Source of the DNA: Candidatus Omnitrophota bacterium
Lineage (GTDB): Bacteria > Omnitrophota > Gorgyraeia > JABMRN01 > RBG-13-46-9
Direction: 5' to 3'
NCBI GenBank assembly: GCA_013203315.1
Contig: JABMQJ010000022.1
Coordinates: 1-11,803, forward strand
DNA: 11,803 nt
The stretch's first letter is position 1; each line of letters opens with the position of its first letter. Under the pieces are notes generated by a model. It saw nothing but the letters and a program-made list of their open reading frames with translations, was not told the DNA's origin and made no database searches. Positions 7,109-11,803 of the stretch are shown here, in pieces. The position numbers and the translations under genes were made by a program.

Positions 7109-8593
7109 TCAGGTTCGCATTTGTATCCCTGCAAGCATCTCCCGCATTTTTGGCTGATTAGGGTTAATGCTGAGCGATTTTTTTATGTGATAAATCGCGT
7201 TTTTCCTGTCACCATTTTTAAAATAAACAACTGAAATGTTATTGTGATACCAGGTTTCGTTCGGTGAGATTTCCAACGCTTTTTTATACACCTTTATCGA
7301 TTTATCGTATTGCTTGTTTATCTCATAATACACGCCCAGGTTGCTTAAAACCTTTGGGGATAGGGTATAGCGTAGCGTATTCGAATAAATAGAAGGCTCG
7401 TCTTTCCAGTCAAAATTTCTTGTAATTGTCAAAGAGGAAAAGTAAAGAATGGCTACTGCGAGACAAATATAAGAGGCGTTTCTTATTTTTTCTTTTTGCA
7501 TCATATCTTTCAAAAAACAGGCAAAAATAGCGTATATCCCGACGGAGGCGCCGTAAATCCAATGTTCCGCGTATAGCGCATTCAGCCTTAATACGTTAAG
7601 ATGCGGTAAGAGAAATATGATAAACCACATTGACCAGAAAAACATGTCTCTTCGCCTGTTCTTAAGCCTGAAACACAAAACCAGAAGCGGAATCACGATT
7701 ATAGCCGCAAGTATGACCGATTCATCTATGCCACTCGATATTGGCATTGTCCTGGACATGTGAAGATTAAAAGGGAAAACCAGCATTTTGACATATTCGA
7801 ATACTATCTTGACACCGGTAAAAATAACTATGTTCGGCGGAATAAATCCAAGCACGCTTCTGTTTAACTCTATAAAGTTTAATCTAAGCACGGCGTAAAG
7901 ACCAAGAAGCGCGAAGAACGGCAGGATCTTTTGCCAGTTAATCTTTTTGTCTTTTCTTATCAATACCTCATATGCAATTAAAAGAAAAGGAAAGACGAGC
8001 GCTGTTTCCCGCGACAGAAGGGATAGGGCGTAATAAAGAAGAGCAAAAAGGTAATATACCGTTCCTTTGATTTCCTTTTTCTCTCGCGATTTTATATAAA
8101 AAAGGAATGCCAGCACCAAAAATAAGAAAAATAAAGGGTCGCTTCTTCCTGAAATATAGCTTATCGCCTCCGTATTAATCGGATGTACCCCGAAAAATCC
8201 GGCTGTAATAAAAGCGACAATATTTGACCCTGAAATACGCAGGATTAAGCAAAAAAGCGCGACAACGCAGGCAATATGGAGGGCTATGCTTGTAATGTGA
8301 AATCCAACGCTTTCGAATCCCCACAGGAAGTAATCGACCATGTAGGAGAACTCCTGTAAGGGCCTATATATATTCCCACCATACCCTGCTTTTTCAACAA
8401 ATTCATTTGCGAATATATAAGGGATATTTTCGAAACTTTTTATACTCTCGTTTTGCACAACGAGCGTCTGGTCATCCCAGACAAATGTACCCTGAATGGC
8501 ATTTGCATAGACAGAAAAGGTCAAAAGCGCAAGAAGGAGTACTAGCAGCTTTTTATTTCTGAAGAAAAGCGGGATGTGTTCTGTTTTTTCCAT
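7109..8593 (-). CDS. TMTC-like GT-C protein O-glycosyltransferase with ~2 C-terminal TPRs
   Basis: Motifs FVWDD, IYRP, HITSIALH, HPINTEAISYISGR, LLSRE, AEHWIY and RNFDWKDE. TPRs KVLSNLGVYY and WYHNNISVVY. SD AGAGG upstream of the ATG. Clear paralogue of 4779..6683. Confidence 0.88.
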   Translation of the reverse strand: MEKTEHIPLFFRNKKLLVLLLALLTFSVYANAIQGTFVWDDQTLVVQNESIKSFENIPYIFANEFVEKAGYGGNIYRPLQEFSYMVDYFLWGFESVGFHITSIALHIACVVALFCLILRISGSNIVAFITAGFFGVHPINTEAISYISGRSDPLFFLFLVLAFLFYIKSREKKEIKGTVYYLFALLYYALSLLSRETALVFPFLLIAYEVLIRKDKKINWQKILPFFALLGLYAVLRLNFIELNRSVLGFIPPNIVIFTGVKIVFEYVKMLVFPFNLHMSRTMPISSGIDESVILAAIIVIPLLVLCFRLKNRRRDMFFWSMWFIIFLLPHLNVLRLNALYAEHWIYGASVGIYAIFACFLKDMMQKEKIRNASYICLAVAILYFSSLTITRNFDWKDEPSIYSNTLRYTLSPKVLSNLGVYYEINKQYDKSIKVYKKALEISPNETWYHNNISVVYFKNGDRKNAIYHIKKSLSINPNQPKMREMLAGIQMRT

Positions 8594-8636
8594 GTGATCT
8601 GGCCTCTAACATTACATCAAAAGCTTGTGTCAGAAT

Positions 8637-8665
8637 ATGGTAACACAAAGGGGTAGAAATGAAAA
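8637..8665 (-). promoter_or_regulatory. Candidate sigma70-type promoter for the glycosyltransferase operon
   Basis: Minus strand: TTTTCA (8665-8660), 17-nt spacer, extended -10 TGTG-T-TACCAT (-10 at 8642-8637), about 44 nt upstream of ATG 8593. Confidence 0.4.
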
Positions 8666-8718
8666 GAAAAAAGTTAAAAACAGAAAAGATTCCGGCTACA
8701 CTATAGAAAAATAACAGC

Positions 8719-8732
8719 CTTATTGCAATAAG
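8719..8732. promoter_or_regulatory. Perfect 14-bp palindrome CTTATTGCAATAAG, candidate operator
   Basis: Exact self-reverse-complement in the divergent intergenic region. Confidence 0.5.
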
Positions 8733-8871
8733 AGGGGCGCCCGATGCCACTAAGCGTTGCTTGCATGCTTTACTCGAAAAAACTTGCGGAATATATCGGT
8801 AAAAAACCGCTCTCAAAAGTAGAATAACATGCCTATCTTACTTTTTATTTCCTAACATTTTACACCCCTAA

Positions 8872-8915
8872 CATATGTAAAAAATATGTAATATTTATGA
8901 AATTTTTATGTCTTA
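8872..8915. promoter_or_regulatory. Four helically phased 11-bp direct repeats, candidate response-regulator binding array
   Basis: TATG at 8874, 8885, 8896 and 8907. Units are catatgtaaaa / aatatgtaata / tttatgaaatt / tttatgtctta, followed by a -10-like TATACT at 8923-8928. Confidence 0.5.
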
Positions 8916-9000
8916 ACAAGATTATACTAATAGGCCTAAGGATATATTGGCCGATTATTTTTTTGAACATATTTAAGGCATTTAAAAAGTATCTGATTAT

Positions 9001-9030
9001 GTGGTGTAGGCAAAAGTGGTGTAGGCAAAA
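9001..9030 (+). repeat. Exact 15-bp tandem duplication GTGGTGTAGGCAAAA x2
   Basis: 9001-9015 is identical to 9016-9030. The last A is the A of ATG 9030. Confidence 0.95.
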
Positions 9031-11803
9031 TGATAGAATATCAAGAACCTCATAGTAATAAGCGCATTTATATTAAAATAATATGTTGGATTGTTATATT
9101 TGTGTTTATATGGAACCAGATCGCCTATGCAGCAGGCGATCTTTTTATTATTAAGCCAACACCCGCTGCCTCTTTTCCGGAAGAAACCCTTCAAAAATCC
9201 GCCATTGAACAAGAAGTTCTTGAACAAGAAGCCATTGAGCAGGAAACCTTTGAGCAAGAACCCGCCCTTGAGCAAGAAGCCGCACAAGAAGCAGAGTCAG
9301 CAGAAGAAGAAACCCCGGCCGCGGAAGAAGAGCTGGAAATCAAAAATTACGTTTCTGATCTATTTAGCTACAAAAAAAAGCAGAGCGCCGCACACAAGCT
9401 TCTTCCCTCAGCCAGAGAACAGGGGCAGAATAGTAAGCTGCCGGTCTGGCGTAAAAGCACTGAACAACGAAGCGAAGAACATATCCGCAATCTCCAGGCC
9501 ACAGACGAACTTATAGAGACCCTTTACAACAGAAGAAAGCCACGCGATGAAGTTGAGCTGCCACTGAATAAAAAGAAAAGCAGCGGAGGAGGGGTTGGGC
9601 AGGATCCCTACGACTATTCTGCTACAGAACCAGATCAAAACCGGACTCCCCACAACCTGAACGATCTTGTAAACCCAAGAGACCTTACCCAGATTAACAA
9701 ATACGATATAACTATGATGAATATAGACCAGTGGATGGAGGGTGCTGTTGAGGAGCAGGGTGATGACGGCGTTTCCTACTGGCTAGGCCGTGGCGATGAT
9801 AATCCGGACGAAGCAAGGCTTATAATGCGCATAGTTTATGCTGGTTCCGGAAATAGCAAGAAGATAGAAGCAATTTATCTTGGTTTCAGGCTTACGGAAG
9901 GCGGCGAATACGAAGCTAAATACAAGATCGAATACACTTACAAGAACGGCGGCAGCGACATAGATAAAACGGAGAAATTTGACATATCAGATGGCGGCAG
10001 GAGACTTATCGAAAGAAGTATTTACGAGCTCTCCGGCGAAGACAATCGCATTAAAACGACCATTTATTACGGTACGACCGGCGCCATAATAAACAGGCGC
10101 GATTATCTTTATAATGCAGATGGTGCGTTAAGAGAGGCAAGATTATATGAAACTGATTCTGAGACAGAAGGCGAACTTATTCATAGAACGGTATTTGTCC
10201 TCGAAAGGAATCAAGAGCTTGCCGACTATTCACAAAGCTATTATGACGGCGAAGTAACGGAGACAACCGTTTATTATTACCAATACGGCCTGCGCGCAGG
10301 AGATTCCGCGGAAAACTACCGCTATTCAAAATCAAAACAAATTACCTTTAGGGGCAATCCTGAAACGGACGGCGTAGAAGGGCTTTCAGATGATGAGCTT
10401 AATAACGCCAGAAAAATTTCCATGCTTGTTTATGATGACGAAAATCGGTTGGCGGGCGAAGAAGTAGCCGACTACATGGTTCTTTATGCGGACGGTAATA
10501 TCGCTGTAAAGACAACAGTGTATTTTTATAAAGACGGAAAAAGGGCAAAAGACGCAAACTACAGAGAGTGTCTTACAAGCGCGGTTACCTACTACGGCAA
10601 TCTTGACCAGGATAAAGAAGGCGAGGAGGGATACGGAGAGATAAGCGAAGATGAGCTCGCCGCAGGCATAAAAGAATCCGAAACCTTCTATGACACCCTG
10701 TATCGCTTAAAAGGCGAAGAGGTCCAGGATTACAGCGTAACCTACCTGATGGATGGCAAGACTAGAAAAGATACTACTGTCTACATCTTCGAAGGCGACA
10801 AAAGGGCAAGCGAATCCGACTCAGAAGACAGGATGAAAAAGTCCGTTACTTACTGGGGGGATGCGGTAAACGCAAACGGTACGATAAAAGAAGACGCGAA
10901 AAAGAAAGCCGAAACATTCTATCAATTCAAAACCAGCGCAAAGCACGGCGAAGAAGTTGCCGATGTAACGCTTAGCTACTACCAAGACGGTGAAACCGTA
11001 AGAGACACTACTTTCTATTTTTATAACGGCAACCTCCGCGCCAGTGAAGCCACAAATAGAACCGGTCTTGAAAGAAGCGCTACATTCTGGGGGGACGCCT
11101 TATTGGAAGTAGACCTGCTCAATCTCGATGGCAGCGGTAACTATGACCTCGGGAAACTCGCCGAATTTATTGCAATAAAACTCGGTATCAACTTGGGAAC
11201 ACTCGGATCGGGCGATGACGCATTAAGCGCTATACTTGCTTTAATTGCCGGAGATAACCCTAGCCTGATAAGCGCGTTGGAAAGCCTTTCGGCGTTGAAC
11301 TTATCCGTATTAACTGATCAGGAAGATCTTGTTTCGGCGTTACTTTCACTTGCAGGCGACAATCTCGCGCTCATGGAACTTTTGTTGTCGGTTGAAATAA
11401 CAGACGGCATGACAAAAGAAGAGCTGATAATCGAGATTCTCACGGAAGCCGGTATGAGCGCGGAGGAAGCAGCTCTTAGTGCTATTCTTCTCATGATGGA
11501 TTTGTCAGCGTATGCATCAACAGCAGAATTTTTAAAAGCATTTATTTCAGAAGCAAGAGCAAATGCTATAGATCTTAGCGCAGAGATATTAAGCTTGTTG
11601 CTAGACTCGCTGCTATCTGAAGAAGATCAGAGCCTTACAGAAGGTTTACTCTTTCTCCTGGAATCCATGGCAGCAGATGAAAGTAACCTCAAGGCTTTCT
11701 TGGGCAGTCTTACACTCGCAGACCTTGACGCACTGGAGATTGATACACTTGCAGAACTAATAGATTACTTAAAAGCAAACGCCCTAGCCGAAGGATACAC
11801 AGA
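9030..11803 (+). CDS. 5' part of a very large secreted repeat/surface protein (at least 924 aa, runs off the window)
   Basis: Manual translation of frame 3 from ATG 9030 (in-frame TGA upstream at 8994) shows no stop to the window end. Signal peptide MIEYQEPHSNKRIYIKIICWIVIFVFIWNQIAYA|AGD, then a Glu-rich spacer, Tyr-rich beta-repeats (GEEVADY...TTVY...RA...WGDA) and a Leu/Ala/Glu helical region. Confidence 0.92.
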   Translation, partial: MIEYQEPHSNKRIYIKIICWIVIFVFIWNQIAYAAGDLFIIKPTPAASFPEETLQKSAIEQEVLEQEAIEQETFEQEPALEQEAAQEAESAEEETPAAEEELEIKNYVSDLFSYKKKQSAAHKLLPSAREQGQNSKLPVWRKSTEQRSEEHIRNLQATDELIETLYNRRKPRDEVELPLNKKKSSGGGVGQDPYDYSATEPDQNRTPHNLNDLVNPRDLTQINKYDITMMNIDQWMEGAVEEQGDDGVSYWLGRGDDNPDEARLIMRIVYAGSGNSKKIEAIYLGFRLTEGGEYEAKYKIEYTYKNGGSDIDKTEKFDISDGGRRLIERSIYELSGEDNRIKTTIYYGTTGAIINRRDYLYNADGALREARLYETDSETEGELIHRTVFVLERNQELADYSQSYYDGEVTETTVYYYQYGLRAGDSAENYRYSKSKQITFRGNPETDGVEGLSDDELNNARKISMLVYDDENRLAGEEVADYMVLYADGNIAVKTTVYFYKDGKRAKDANYRECLTSAVTYYGNLDQDKEGEEGYGEISEDELAAGIKESETFYDTLYRLKGEEVQDYSVTYLMDGKTRKDTTVYIFEGDKRASESDSEDRMKKSVTYWGDAVNANGTIKEDAKKKAETFYQFKTSAKHGEEVADVTLSYYQDGETVRDTTFYFYNGNLRASEATNRTGLERSATFWGDALLEVDLLNLDGSGNYDLGKLAEFIAIKLGINLGTLGSGDDALSAILALIAGDNPSLISALESLSALNLSVLTDQEDLVSALLSLAGDNLALMELLLSVEITDGMTKEELIIEILTEAGMSAEEAALSAILLMMDLSAYASTAEFLKAFISEARANAIDLSAEILSLLLDSLLSEEDQSLTEGLLFLLESMAADESNLKAFLGSLTLADLDALEIDTLAELIDYLKANALAEGYT
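9201..9290 (+). repeat. Intragenic ~15-nt tandem repeat encoding xxEQE pentapeptides
   Basis: gccattgaacaagaa / gttcttgaacaagaa / gccattgagcaggaa / acctttgagcaagaa / cccgcccttgagcaagaa / gccgcacaagaa = AIEQE VLEQE AIEQE TFEQE PALEQE AAQE. Confidence 0.9.
10215..11099 (+). repeat. Four ~78-86-aa protein repeats in the large ORF
   Basis: ELADY at 10215, GEEVADY at 10455, GEEVQDY at 10713 and GEEVADV at 10947. Each is followed by DG..(D/E/K)TT(V/F)Y...(L/K)RA...T(Y/F)xG(N/D). Confidence 0.85.

Noticed and set aside
8733-8770. GC-rich patch with TGGCA on the minus strand (possible sigma54 promoter or hairpin)
   Set aside because: No GC at the -12 position at the required spacing from GG, and the hairpin pairing is weak.
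8553-8816. 87-aa minus-strand ORF upstream of the transferase operon
   Set aside because: It overlaps the transferase start, runs through the candidate promoter and palindrome, and has no recognisable protein features.
8997-9653. ORFs 8997-9287 (-), 9091-9516 (+) and 9408-9653 (-)
   Set aside because: Alternative-frame readings of the xxEQE repeat region of the real frame-3 ORF starting at 9030. The Lys/Pro-rich 141-aa product is a frame artefact.

Overview
A bacterial cell-envelope locus. From left to right it holds: (1) the 3' end of a probable PilZ-domain gene (<1..125, absent from the ORF track); (2) a small basic ORF tightly coupled to (3) a 1446-aa secreted protein made of seven tandem ~143-197-aa units of PepSY-like modules, with a conserved scaffold and hypervariable aromatic/Pro-rich loops; (4) a convergent minus-strand operon of two TMTC-like (GT-C fold, TPR-tailed) putative protein O-glycosyltransferases flanking a small membrane protein; (5) a 436-bp divergent intergenic region with a perfect 14-bp palindrome, four 11-bp-phased repeats and an exact 15-bp duplication; and (6) the 5' part of a large secreted protein (9030..>11803, at least 924 aa, no stop in the window, absent from the ORF track) with a xxEQE spacer, ~80-aa 'GEEVADY...TTVY...RA...WGDA' repeats, EF-hand-like loops and an inserted helical domain. 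The gene style suggests Candidatus Omnitrophota-like giant-protein loci (inference only). Main hypotheses: a bacterial TMTC-type glycosylation system dedicated to large surface repeat proteins, and a multi-headed variable-loop binder or protease inhibitor. All calls are by eye; no searches were run.
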